A program made the position numbers and the translations under genes. The notes beneath the pieces are model-generated. The model was not told the origin of the DNA. It did no database searches and worked only from the letters and a program-made list of their open reading frames with translations. A stretch of 34,461 nucleotides of DNA from Myxococcota bacterium (GTDB taxonomy: Bacteria; Myxococcota_A; UBA9042; PHBI01; JAWLBL01). This document shows, piece by piece, positions 8,965 through 17,558 of the stretch (the first letter of the stretch is position 1; the number at the start of each line of letters is the position of its first letter). The stretch is from assembly GCA_041687695.1 (NCBI GenBank), contig JAWLBL010000044.1, forward strand, positions 1-34,461, in the 5' to 3' direction.

Positions 8965-9735
8965 TCACCGCCCGGCCGCGATGGCGTAGGTGCCATCGCG
9001 CCGGGCCGTGACCCGCGGCGGCACCCGCGTGCGCTCGAAGAGCTCGTAGCCCGGCCGCAGCCCGTCCCAGAAGGTCATCAGCGCCGGATCCCGCGCGCCG
9101 GCCGCGATGAGCTTGGCCTTGCAGGCCGGCGTGTCCATGCGGCAGGGGAAGACGTGCACCGGCAGAGCGCGCTGGCCCGCCTCGCGCGCGTCCAGGGCCG
9201 CCACGAACAGCCACGCCACCGGCTCGTCGCGCAGCGGCAGGCAGCCCACCGTGAAGCAGCTGCCGTGGATGAAGATGTCGCCGCCGGGCGGGGCGCCGGC
9301 CGCGCGGTGGCGGTCGACCGTGTTGGGGTAGTCCAGCCCCAGCGACAGGTGGAAGCGGCTGCGGCGGTTGTAGCGGTCGACCGAGTAGAAGCCCTCGGGC
9401 ACCTGCAGGTCGCCTTCGCGCCGCTTGGGGCCCAGCTCGCCGCTGGCGGCGCAGACCTGGAAGTCGCGGACGTGGACGCGCGCGCGGCCGCCGCCGGCCG
9501 GCGAGGCCCACAGCTCGAGCACGCCCTCGGCCTTGAAGGCGCGCAGGAACAGCCCGCGTGGCGGCCAGGCGGCGCCGGCCCGGTCGAAGGCGCGCCGGAT
9601 GTCCGCGGCGTGGCGCTCGCGGGCGGCGGCGACGCGATCTTCGTCGCGGGCGGCGGGTTGGCCGTCGGCGCGGGCGGCCGGCGGGGCGAGGACGGCCGAG
9701 AGGGCCACGGCGAAGAGGGCGATGAGGCGGTTCAT
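8965..9735 (-). CDS. YafK/DpaA-like L,D-transpeptidase-family (YkuD) protein, secreted
   Basis: Signal peptide; LRAFKAEGVLELW, GPKRREGDLQVPEGFY, LDYPN, catalytic IHGSCFTVGC, VHVFP. Confidence 0.88.
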   Translation of the reverse strand: MNRLIALFAVALSAVLAPPAARADGQPAARDEDRVAAARERHAADIRRAFDRAGAAWPPRGLFLRAFKAEGVLELWASPAGGGRARVHVRDFQVCAASGELGPKRREGDLQVPEGFYSVDRYNRRSRFHLSLGLDYPNTVDRHRAAGAPPGGDIFIHGSCFTVGCLPLRDEPVAWLFVAALDAREAGQRALPVHVFPCRMDTPACKAKLIAAGARDPALMTFWDGLRPGYELFERTRVPPRVTARRDGTYAIAAGR

Positions 9736-9766
9736 GGGCGCTTCGACGCGCGGGCGCGGGAATCGA

Positions 9767-10588
9767 TCAGCGGCGAACGCGACGACCCCAGGCGGCCAGC
9801 GACACGGTCATCATCAGCGCCCCCGGATCGGCCAGGAAGGCGGCGGCGGCCTCGCGGGCTTCGGCCAGGGCGAAGTCGGTGGCCATCCCGGTCTCGAGCA
9901 GCGGGGCGAAGCGGTCGGGGTCGAGCTGGTGGCGGAAGGCGGCGAGGCCCACCTCGTCGGAGTGGGCGACGATGGCCTCGACGCCGACGTCGCCCAGCCC
10001 CGCCTGGGCCAGCAGGCGCGGGAGCCACCGGCCCAGGTGGCGGTGGGTGCCCTGCTGGTCGCGCTGCTCGGCGAGGCGCTGCGCCAGGCGGGCGAGGGCG
10101 GGCAGGGGCGGCAGGACCACCGGCTCGAGGGCGTCGTCGACGTCGAAGACGACCAGCAGGCCGCCCGGGACCAGCAGGCGCCGCAGGGCCTGCACGGCGG
10201 CGGCCGGGTCGGGGACGTGCTGCAGGACGTGGCGGACGATGACGACGTCGAAGGCGCGCGAGGGCAGGGCGGGGTCGGTCAGGCTGCCGGTCAATAGCTC
10301 GCAGCGGGTCAGGCCCTGGGCCGTCAGGCGGCGCTGGGCGTGCTCGAGCAGGCTGCGGTGCACGTCGACGCCGGTGACATGGGTCGTGGGGAAGCGCTCG
10401 AGCAGCCGCTCGGTGAGGTGCCCCGGGCCGCAGCCGGCGTCGAGGACCCGCTGGCCGTCGGTGACGCCCAGGCGCTCGAGCAGGGCGACCTCCTTGTCCC
10501 AGGTCAGCTCGACCTGGGCCTCGAGGCGCGCGACCTCGCGGTCCAGATCAGCGTGGGCGCGCTCGGGGTCGTAGGTCGTCGCGACCAT
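9767..10588 (-). CDS. class I SAM-dependent methyltransferase
   Basis: VLDAGCGPG motif I, FDVV, LVPGG. ATG 10588 overlaps the carbamoyltransferase TGA (ATGA). Confidence 0.88.
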   Translation of the reverse strand: MVATTYDPERAHADLDREVARLEAQVELTWDKEVALLERLGVTDGQRVLDAGCGPGHLTERLLERFPTTHVTGVDVHRSLLEHAQRRLTAQGLTRCELLTGSLTDPALPSRAFDVVIVRHVLQHVPDPAAAVQALRRLLVPGGLLVVFDVDDALEPVVLPPLPALARLAQRLAEQRDQQGTHRHLGRWLPRLLAQAGLGDVGVEAIVAHSDEVGLAAFRHQLDPDRFAPLLETGMATDFALAEAREAAAAFLADPGALMMTVSLAAWGRRVRR

Positions 10589-12285
10589 CAGGCGCCGGCC
10601 CCCTTCGTCAGCAGGAAGGGCCCGACGACCAGGGCGTCCATGTCGGTCGTGAAGAAGCACTTGAGGGCGTCGGGGACGCTGGTGACGATGGGCTCGCCGC
10701 GGATGTTGAAGCTGGTGTTGATGAGGACCGGGACGCCGGTCAGCGCGCCGAAGGCGGCGATGAGGTCGTAGTAGGGCGGGTTGGTGTCGCGCGTGACGGT
10801 CTGGACGCGCGCCGTGCCGTCGACGTGGGTGATGGAGGGCAGGGCCTCGCGCTTGTCGGGCAGGGTGTCGTAGGCGACCAGCATGTACGGCGCCGGGTCG
10901 GCGTGGCTGAAGAAGTCGCCGCAGCGCTCGGCGAGGACGGCCGGGGCGAAGGGGCGGAACCACTCGCGGAACTTCACGCGGGCGTTGAGGACGTCCTTCA
11001 TGTCGGGGCGGCGCGGGTCGGCCAGGATCGAGCGGTGCCCCAGGGCGCGGGGGCCGAACTCGGCGCGGCCCTGGAACCAGCCGACGATGTGGCCGTCGGC
11101 GATGAGCTGGGCGACGGTCTGGGACAGGTCGGCGGGGCGCGAGAAGCGGCAGCCGGCGATGCGCAGCTCGCGCTCGATGGCCTCGTCGTCATAGCGCGGA
11201 CCCAGCGCGTCGGTCTGCGGGTGAAAGCGCCGCGGGTCGTCGCCCAGGACGTGCGCGACGTGCAGCGCGGCGCCGATGCTGGTGCCGGCGTCGCCCGCGG
11301 CCGGCATGAAGTAGACCTCGTCGAAGCCGGCCTCGAAGCGCACGCGCGTGTTGGCCACGCAGTTGAGGGTCACGCCGCCCGCCATGCACAGCCGCGCCTC
11401 GCCGGTCAGCTCGCGCGCCATGCGCGCCATGTGCAGGACCATCTCCTCGGTCAGCTTCTGCATGCTGGCCGCGATGTCCATGTGGCGCTGCTCGAGCGCG
11501 CTCTCGGGCCGCCGCTCGGGCCCCAGCAGGGCCACAAGCTTGTCGGTGTAGCGGCGCCGCCGGCTCAGGAAGTAGCTGAAGTACGACAGGTCGAGCTCGA
11601 AGCCGTCGTCCGAAAAGCGCACCAGCGGCCGCAGCGCGTCGTAGTAGACGGGCTGCCCGTACGAGGCCAGGCCCATCGCCTTGCCCTCGCCGTCGTTGGG
11701 CTGGAACCCCAGGAACTGCGTGAAGGCGGCGTACCAGCTGCCCACCGAGTGCGGGAACTCGAGCGTCCGCAGCGTCTCGATGCCCCGTCCGGTCGCGTGG
11801 GCGATGTGGGTCGAGGTCCGCTCGCCGTAGCCGTCGACCGTCAGCACGGCGGCGTGCTCGAAGTTCGACCGGAAGAAGGTCGCCGCGGCGTGGCAGTCGT
11901 GGTGGGTCAGGTAGTGGACCCGCAGCGGCCCGCCCTCATCCAGGTGGAAGACCTGCTCGACCCGCCGCACCGACCGCCCGTCGAAGTGGCGCATCAGGTG
12001 CACCGGAACCGAGTACAGGTACTCGAGGTGGTCGCGCGGCACCGCGGTCAGCCGGTGGTTGGCCGGCTCGGCGTGGATGCCCGGGTTCCAGAAGAAGCCG
12101 ACCGCGTCGATGTCGCTCAGCTTCAGCCCGGCCTCGCCGAGCACCCAGCGCACCGCCCGCGCCGGAAACGAGCCGTCGTGTTTGACCCGCGACAGCCGCT
12201 CCTCCTGGACGGCACCCACCAGGTGTCCGTCGACCAGCAGGGCCGCCGCCGCATCGTTCGAGAAGTTGAGCCCGAGGACCTTCAT
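10588..12285 (-). CDS. O-carbamoyltransferase, NodU/CmcH family
   Basis: MKVLGL...DAAAALL..G...AVQEERLSRVKH, HHDCHAA, TVDGYGE, EGKAMGLASYG, AGGVTLNCVAN, EFGPRALGHRS, KFREWFRPFAP, HVDGTARVQTV, NTSFN. Confidence 0.93.
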   Translation of the reverse strand: MKVLGLNFSNDAAAALLVDGHLVGAVQEERLSRVKHDGSFPARAVRWVLGEAGLKLSDIDAVGFFWNPGIHAEPANHRLTAVPRDHLEYLYSVPVHLMRHFDGRSVRRVEQVFHLDEGGPLRVHYLTHHDCHAAATFFRSNFEHAAVLTVDGYGERTSTHIAHATGRGIETLRTLEFPHSVGSWYAAFTQFLGFQPNDGEGKAMGLASYGQPVYYDALRPLVRFSDDGFELDLSYFSYFLSRRRRYTDKLVALLGPERRPESALEQRHMDIAASMQKLTEEMVLHMARMARELTGEARLCMAGGVTLNCVANTRVRFEAGFDEVYFMPAAGDAGTSIGAALHVAHVLGDDPRRFHPQTDALGPRYDDEAIERELRIAGCRFSRPADLSQTVAQLIADGHIVGWFQGRAEFGPRALGHRSILADPRRPDMKDVLNARVKFREWFRPFAPAVLAERCGDFFSHADPAPYMLVAYDTLPDKREALPSITHVDGTARVQTVTRDTNPPYYDLIAAFGALTGVPVLINTSFNIRGEPIVTSVPDALKCFFTTDMDALVVGPFLLTKGAGA

Positions 12286-12339
12286 GCCCGCGCATCCTAA
12301 GCCCTCGGGGGTTCTGGGACAATCGGCTAGACTGCGGCC

Positions 12340-12828
12340 ATGAAGCCCTCGATTCGATGCTGTCTCTCCATCCTCCTTCCCTTCCTGCTGGCGCCTCCGG
12401 CGGCGTGGGGCGATCAGGGCGAGGTGCCGGTGACGCGGCTGGTGTGGGCGCGGGCGGGGCAGGGGGCGGCGGTGCAGGTGACGGGGACCAGCGAGGGGAC
12501 GCGGCATCCGCAGGCACACGGAGAGGTGCAGGCGGTGGCGGACCGACTGGAGGCGCTGAGGACGGTGCGGCCGCACGTGGTGTGGAAGCGGATCGTCTGG
12601 GAGGACGGGCGGGTCGAGGTGGAGGCCGAGGCGGAGGACGGGGTGCACGGGGCGGTGGCGCTGATGGCCGTGCGGGGGCTGTATCCGGGGCGGCGGACGG
12701 CCGGGTCGGGGGTGCAGCAGGTGAGGGCGCCGGTGGGCCAGGAGGTGTGGCGGGTGGTGGTGCGGATCGGGCCACCGGACTCGGCGGTGGACCGGGCCCC
12801 CGTCCGTGAGCATGATTCCGACCCATGA
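12340..12828 (+). CDS. hypothetical secreted protein
   Basis: Signal-peptide-like N-terminus (MKPSIR + hydrophobic + AWG). Stop overlaps the next ATG (ATGA). A TAGACT -10-like box lies just upstream. Confidence 0.55.
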   Translation: MKPSIRCCLSILLPFLLAPPAAWGDQGEVPVTRLVWARAGQGAAVQVTGTSEGTRHPQAHGEVQAVADRLEALRTVRPHVVWKRIVWEDGRVEVEAEAEDGVHGAVALMAVRGLYPGRRTAGSGVQQVRAPVGQEVWRVVVRIGPPDSAVDRAPVREHDSDP

Positions 12829-14303
12829 CGTTCAAGACCGACGACGCCCAGAGCCCCGAGACCCCCGAGACCCGCGCGCCGCAGGCGCGGCCCGCCTCGC
12901 ACGACTCGGCCAACCCGCCCGCCCTGCTGGACTTCATGATGCAGGGGTGGGCCCCCGCGCCGCGCGAGCTGCCCGCGCCCATCACCCACGCCGAGGCGTT
13001 CCGGGCGCGGCGGCGGACGCTGTCGGCCGCCTTCCCGGGCGAGGCGCTGGTGGTGCCGACCGGCCACGAGAAGGTCCGCGCCAACGACACCCACTACCGC
13101 TTCCGGCCGGGCACGGACTTCTACTACCTGACCGGCAACATGGAGCCCGACTGCGTGCTGGTGATGCTGCCCGAGGGCGACGGGCACCGGGATGTGCTGT
13201 TCGTCGAGCCGAACCCGGGGCGCAGCGACGCGACCTTCTTCACCGACCGGGTCAAGGGCGAGCTGTGGGTCGGGCCGCGGCTGGGCGTCATGCAGAGCCA
13301 GGCGCGCTACGGGGTCGACGAGGCGCGAGGGCTGCCCGAGCTGGCCGACGCGCTGCTGGGGCTGGGCACGCGCTACCGCGTGCTGCGCGGGATGAGCGAC
13401 CTGGTCGATCTGGCCGTCGCGGGTGACCGGGCGCAGCGCGAGCGGGACGACGGGCTGGCGACCTTCCTGAGCGAGATGCGCCTCGTCAAAGACGCGCAGG
13501 AGCTGGAGGAGCTGCAGACCGTGGTCGAGGCGACCCACCGCGGCTTCGAGGACGTCATCGCGCGGCTGGCTGTGGCGCGGAGCGAGCGCGAGGTCGAGGG
13601 CGTCTTCAACCTGCGCGCGCGGGTCGAGGGCAACGACGTCGGCTACGGCACCATCGCCGCCTCGGGCGCCCACGCGTGCGTCTTGCACTGGACGCGCAAC
13701 GACGGGCCGCTCCGCCCGGACGAGCTGCTGCTGCTGGACGCCGGCGTCGAGGGGCACTCGCTGTACACCGCCGACATCACGCGCACGCTGCCCATCGGAG
13801 GCCAGTTCACGCCCGCGCAGCGCGAGATCTACGACCTGGTCCACGCGGCGCAGGCCGCCGCCTTCGCCGAGGTCCGCCCCGGCAACGACTTCATGGCGCC
13901 CAACCGCGCGGCGATGCGGGTGCTGGCCCAGGGGCTCGAGCGGCTGGGCATCCTGCCGACCACCGCCGACGAGGCGCTGGCCGACGACAAGCAGCTCTAC
14001 AAGCGCTACACGCTGCACAACGTCAGCCACATGCTGGGGCTGGACGTGCACGACTGCGCCAAGGCGCGGCAAGAGGTCTACAAGTACGGCCCGCTGCAGC
14101 CCGGCATGGTGCTGACCGTCGAGCCCGGCCTGTACTTCCAGACCGACGACCTGACGGTGCCCGAGCGCTACCGCGGCATCGGCGTGCGCATCGAGGACGA
14201 CGTGGTGGTGACCGAGGACGGCTACCGCAACCTGTCGGCCGCCATCCCCAGCACCGCCGAGGACGTCGAGGCCTGGATGGCCGAGGTCTGGGCGCGCTCC
14301 TGA
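12825..14303 (+). CDS. pepP: Xaa-Pro aminopeptidase (M24B), actinobacterial-like type
   Basis: [53 protein letters not shown]. Confidence 0.92.
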   Translation: MTFKTDDAQSPETPETRAPQARPASHDSANPPALLDFMMQGWAPAPRELPAPITHAEAFRARRRTLSAAFPGEALVVPTGHEKVRANDTHYRFRPGTDFYYLTGNMEPDCVLVMLPEGDGHRDVLFVEPNPGRSDATFFTDRVKGELWVGPRLGVMQSQARYGVDEARGLPELADALLGLGTRYRVLRGMSDLVDLAVAGDRAQRERDDGLATFLSEMRLVKDAQELEELQTVVEATHRGFEDVIARLAVARSEREVEGVFNLRARVEGNDVGYGTIAASGAHACVLHWTRNDGPLRPDELLLLDAGVEGHSLYTADITRTLPIGGQFTPAQREIYDLVHAAQAAAFAEVRPGNDFMAPNRAAMRVLAQGLERLGILPTTADEALADDKQLYKRYTLHNVSHMLGLDVHDCAKARQEVYKYGPLQPGMVLTVEPGLYFQTDDLTVPERYRGIGVRIEDDVVVTEDGYRNLSAAIPSTAEDVEAWMAEVWARS

Positions 14304-14323
14304 GCGTAGGCGCGCGTCCGAGT

Positions 14324-14366
14324 CGAGCCCCGGCCCGGCCCCGTGGAGGGCAGGGCGCGGGGCTCG
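14324..14366. terminator. GC-rich hairpin between convergent genes
   Basis: cgagccccg (14324-14332) pairs with cggggctcg (14358-14366), plus inner gccc/gggc pairs. No U-tract. Confidence 0.4.
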
Positions 14367-14372
14367 GGCGTC

Positions 14373-15815
14373 TCAGAACAGGACCAGGCCGCTGTCGACC
14401 ACGACCCCGGGCACGCCCACGATCGGCGGCGTGGGGATGAAGTCGTCGTCGGCCAGGGCGGCCGGGACCAGCTCCAGCACCTTGCCGGTCGTGCCGCTCG
14501 GGCCGGCGCGCTCGCTGGACAGGATGTAGATCTCGCCGCCCAGATCCTGGCCGAAGCCGCGGATGAACTGGTTGAGGCGGCTGCTCGTGCTGCCCGCCAG
14601 GTTGACCCGGCCCAAGGTCCAGGTCGCGCCGCTGAGGATGCCGACGAGCAGCGTCCCGCGGGGCTCGTCGAGCGAGGCGGTCCAGTCGCCGAAGATGTAC
14701 TGGCCGACCCGGTCGGGCAGGTTGTCGCCGCGGTAGACGTAGCCGCCGACGACCGCCAGGCCGACCTGCAGCTCTTGCTGCAGGCGCAGCAGCGTGGCCT
14801 CGCTGAGATCGTCCTCGAGCGGCTCGAGCGGGTGGATGTAGCTGAGGATCGGGTCGCTCAGGGCCTCGCCCATCGGGCCGGTGGTCGCGCAGGTGGCCAG
14901 CGGGTTCAGCGCGTCCGCCGGGTTGAAGCACAGCTCGCCCTCGCGGACGTTCCAGCCGTAGTTGCCGCCGCGCTGCACGATGGAGATCTCGTCCATCAGC
15001 GCCTGGCCGGCGTCGGCCACGAAGAGCGTGCCGTTCAGCTGGTCGAAGGACAGGTACGCTGGGTTGCGGAAGCCGTAGGCCCAGATCTCGTCGGCGCCGG
15101 ACAGGTTCACGAAGGGGTTGTCGGCGGGCGTCTGGTAGGGCAGGCCATTCGAGGCGTCGACATCGAGGCGCAGGATGCTGCCGAACAGGGTGGTCACGTC
15201 CTGGGCGGCCGAGCGGTCCGGCTCGCCGGGGATGCGCTCATTGGCGTCGCCGAGGCCCAGGTAGAGCAGGCCGTCGGGGCCGAAGGCCAGGCTGCCGCCG
15301 TTGCGCTGGGCGATCGGCCAGTCGATGGCCAGCAGATCGCGGGCCGAGTCGAGGTCGGGCCGGCCGTCGTCGCCGACGGTCAGCTCGGTCAGGACGTTCG
15401 TGTGGTCGAAGCCCTCGGGGCCTTCGTCGCGCAGGGGCGCCGAGTAGTAGACGTACAGGCGGCCGTTGCTGTCGAAGTCGGGGTGCAGGGCGAGGTTCAG
15501 CAGGCCGCGCTCGTCGTAGTCGGGGTCGAGGTCGATGAGCCAGTCGCGGACGTCGAGCCAGGGGACCGGGTTGCGGACCCGGGCGCTGTCGAGCTCGTGG
15601 ACGAGGCCGATCTGGTCGACGACCAGCAGGCGGCCCGAGGCGTCGTCGGGCTGGACGAGGGCGATGGGGGCGGTGAGGCCGGTGGTGATGGCGCGGACGC
15701 CGACCGGATCGGGGGCCGGGATGACGCCGGAGGGCGGGGTGTCGTCGTCGTCGCAGGCGGGTAGGGCGCCCATCGCCAGGGGCAGCGAGAGCAGGAGCAG
15801 CAAGAGACGGCGCAT
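14373..15815 (-). CDS. PQQ-dependent glucose/sorbosone dehydrogenase-family beta-propeller lipoprotein (catalytic His replaced)
   Basis: ATG 15815 with GGAG RBS, lipobox LPAC; ERGLLNLALHPDF, NGGSLAFGPDG, EIWAYGFRNP, GGNYGW, GGYVYRG. Confidence 0.85.
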   Translation of the reverse strand: MRRLLLLLLSLPLAMGALPACDDDDTPPSGVIPAPDPVGVRAITTGLTAPIALVQPDDASGRLLVVDQIGLVHELDSARVRNPVPWLDVRDWLIDLDPDYDERGLLNLALHPDFDSNGRLYVYYSAPLRDEGPEGFDHTNVLTELTVGDDGRPDLDSARDLLAIDWPIAQRNGGSLAFGPDGLLYLGLGDANERIPGEPDRSAAQDVTTLFGSILRLDVDASNGLPYQTPADNPFVNLSGADEIWAYGFRNPAYLSFDQLNGTLFVADAGQALMDEISIVQRGGNYGWNVREGELCFNPADALNPLATCATTGPMGEALSDPILSYIHPLEPLEDDLSEATLLRLQQELQVGLAVVGGYVYRGDNLPDRVGQYIFGDWTASLDEPRGTLLVGILSGATWTLGRVNLAGSTSSRLNQFIRGFGQDLGGEIYILSSERAGPSGTTGKVLELVPAALADDDFIPTPPIVGVPGVVVDSGLVLF

Positions 15816-15975
15816 GGGTCTCTCTCCTGAGGGTTGGAGGTGCGGGTGGGAAGGCCCGACGGGGGGAGAGGGGTGCGCGCGTCGGCCGGACCGTTTGGGG
15901 GGCACGGCAAGCGTAAGCTCGTGAAAAGCCTGTCAAAGGGCTTGCCCGGGGGCGGGGCGCTCAGGCCTGGCTGGC

Positions 15976-17490
15976 CTAGGCGAGCGCGACGTCGGGCGTG
16001 GACGTGGAGGCGGCGGCGGCCACGGTGAAGACGTGGACGGCCTCGGCGCGGCCCTTGACGACCTGCGGGCCGAGGTCGACCAGGGCGTAGCGGTCGCGGG
16101 CGGGGCCCAGGGCGTCGGCGGTGGCCGCGGTGAGCAGGATGGAGGTGCCGAGGGCCTTGTTGAGGCCCTCGACGCGGGAGGCGGTGTTCACGGTGTCGCC
16201 GATGACGGCGTACTTGATGCGGCTGCGCGAGCCGATGTTGCCGGCGACCGCGGGGCCGGTGTGGACGCCGACGCGGACCGAGAGGCGGTCGAGGCCGACG
16301 CAGTGCCAGCGGTCGAGGGTGCCGTCGGCGCGCCACTCGGCGTTGAGGCGCTCGACCTCGTCGAGGATGCCCAGGGCCGCCCGGACGCCGCGCTCGGCCT
16401 GGTCGTCCAGATCGAGCGGGGCGCCGAAGACGGCCAGGACGGCGTCCCCCTCGAACTCGTTGATGAGGCCCTTCTCGAGGAAGATGACGCGGCTGACGCG
16501 CTCGAAGTAGCGGTTGAGCAGCTCGATGATCTCGGTGGGCGCCAGGCTCTCGCTGAGGGTCGAGTAGCCGGCGATGTCGACGAAGAGGACGGTGACCTGG
16601 CGGAGCTCGCCGCCCAGGCGCACGCGGGAGGGGTCCTCGAGGATGGAGTCGACGACCTCGGGCGAGACGTAGCGCGAGAAGGTGTCCTTGACGTAGACGA
16701 AGCGGGCCTGGGCCTCCTTGAGGCGGGCGCGGTACTCGTCGACCTTGCGGCGCAGGTCGATGACGTCGAAGACGCCGCGCTCGATGACGCCGCGGCGCAC
16801 GTCGGCCGATTGGCGGCGCAGCTGCCAGCCCAGGTAGGTCGACACGGGCAGGGCGGCGGCGGCGGCGGTCTGGAGCTTCTCGGGGAGCTGCAGGCCCGAC
16901 CAGCTGGTGCTGAGGCCGTACAGGGCGCCGAACACCAGGGCGTCGGCGGTCATGGCGGCCAGCAGCGCCGTGAAGAGCGGGACGACCTGGGGCAGGGCGG
17001 GCAGGCGAGAGAGCAGGAACTGGTAGGCGACCAGGATGACGACGAAGTCGACCAGGAAGGCGCCCAGCGAGCAGGCGCGGACCACGAGGGAGTGCTCGAC
17101 CAGGACGCTGTCCGACAGGTCGGGGCGGCCGGGCGGCGGGTGGCCGGCGTGCCAGGCGAGCAGGGTGTCGATGGCGCCGCCGAGGACGTGGACGGCGACG
17201 ACGGCGACGAGCAGCGCGCGGGCGGCGTGGGTGCCCTCGAGGACGTAGACCAGGACCATGCCGGCGAGCAGGAGCGGCAGGAAGAGCGAGTAGCCGATGA
17301 AGGCGGGATCGGTGCCGAAGAGGGCGACCGTGATGGGGGTGTCGCCCTTGTCGGCGACGAAGAGGAAGGTCTGGAACAGCCCGAGGGCGAGGTAGAGCGG
17401 CGCCAGGCCCAGGCGGGGCTTGAGCGCGTGGAGGCCGCAGAGGGCGGCGGCGAAGAGGGCGACCTCGCCGAGGAAGAGCAGCGGTTCCAT
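15976..17490 (-). CDS. membrane-bound class III nucleotide cyclase, candidate guanylyl cyclase
   Basis: About 7 TM helices, a coiled coil, then FSRYVSPEVV, VLFVDIAGYS, INEFEGDAV, RVGVHTG, GNIGS, KYAVIGDTVNTASRVE. Start at ATG 17490. Confidence 0.9.
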   Translation of the reverse strand: MEPLLFLGEVALFAAALCGLHALKPRLGLAPLYLALGLFQTFLFVADKGDTPITVALFGTDPAFIGYSLFLPLLLAGMVLVYVLEGTHAARALLVAVVAVHVLGGAIDTLLAWHAGHPPPGRPDLSDSVLVEHSLVVRACSLGAFLVDFVVILVAYQFLLSRLPALPQVVPLFTALLAAMTADALVFGALYGLSTSWSGLQLPEKLQTAAAAALPVSTYLGWQLRRQSADVRRGVIERGVFDVIDLRRKVDEYRARLKEAQARFVYVKDTFSRYVSPEVVDSILEDPSRVRLGGELRQVTVLFVDIAGYSTLSESLAPTEIIELLNRYFERVSRVIFLEKGLINEFEGDAVLAVFGAPLDLDDQAERGVRAALGILDEVERLNAEWRADGTLDRWHCVGLDRLSVRVGVHTGPAVAGNIGSRSRIKYAVIGDTVNTASRVEGLNKALGTSILLTAATADALGPARDRYALVDLGPQVVKGRAEAVHVFTVAAAASTSTPDVALA

Positions 17491-17558
17491 CGGGGTGAGG
17501 ATCGCCCGGTCGGCGGACGGGCGCAACCCGCGCCGGTCACAGCGCTGTCACGACCGGC

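Noticed and set aside
5634..8996. 1120-aa antisense ORF and similar long antisense ORFs (e.g. 26830..29145, 28305..30596)
   Set aside because: Expected stop-free antisense frames of high-GC3 genes, with no motifs.
9767..14303. Crocagin-like RiPP cluster (carbamoyltransferase, methyltransferase, aminopeptidase P)
   Set aside because: No dioxygenase or precursor peptide is visible, and the peptidase looks canonical and is divergently transcribed.
15908..15936. sigma70 promoter TTGACA...TACGCT for the GSDH gene
   Set aside because: The spacer is only 15 bp; plausible but not supportable.
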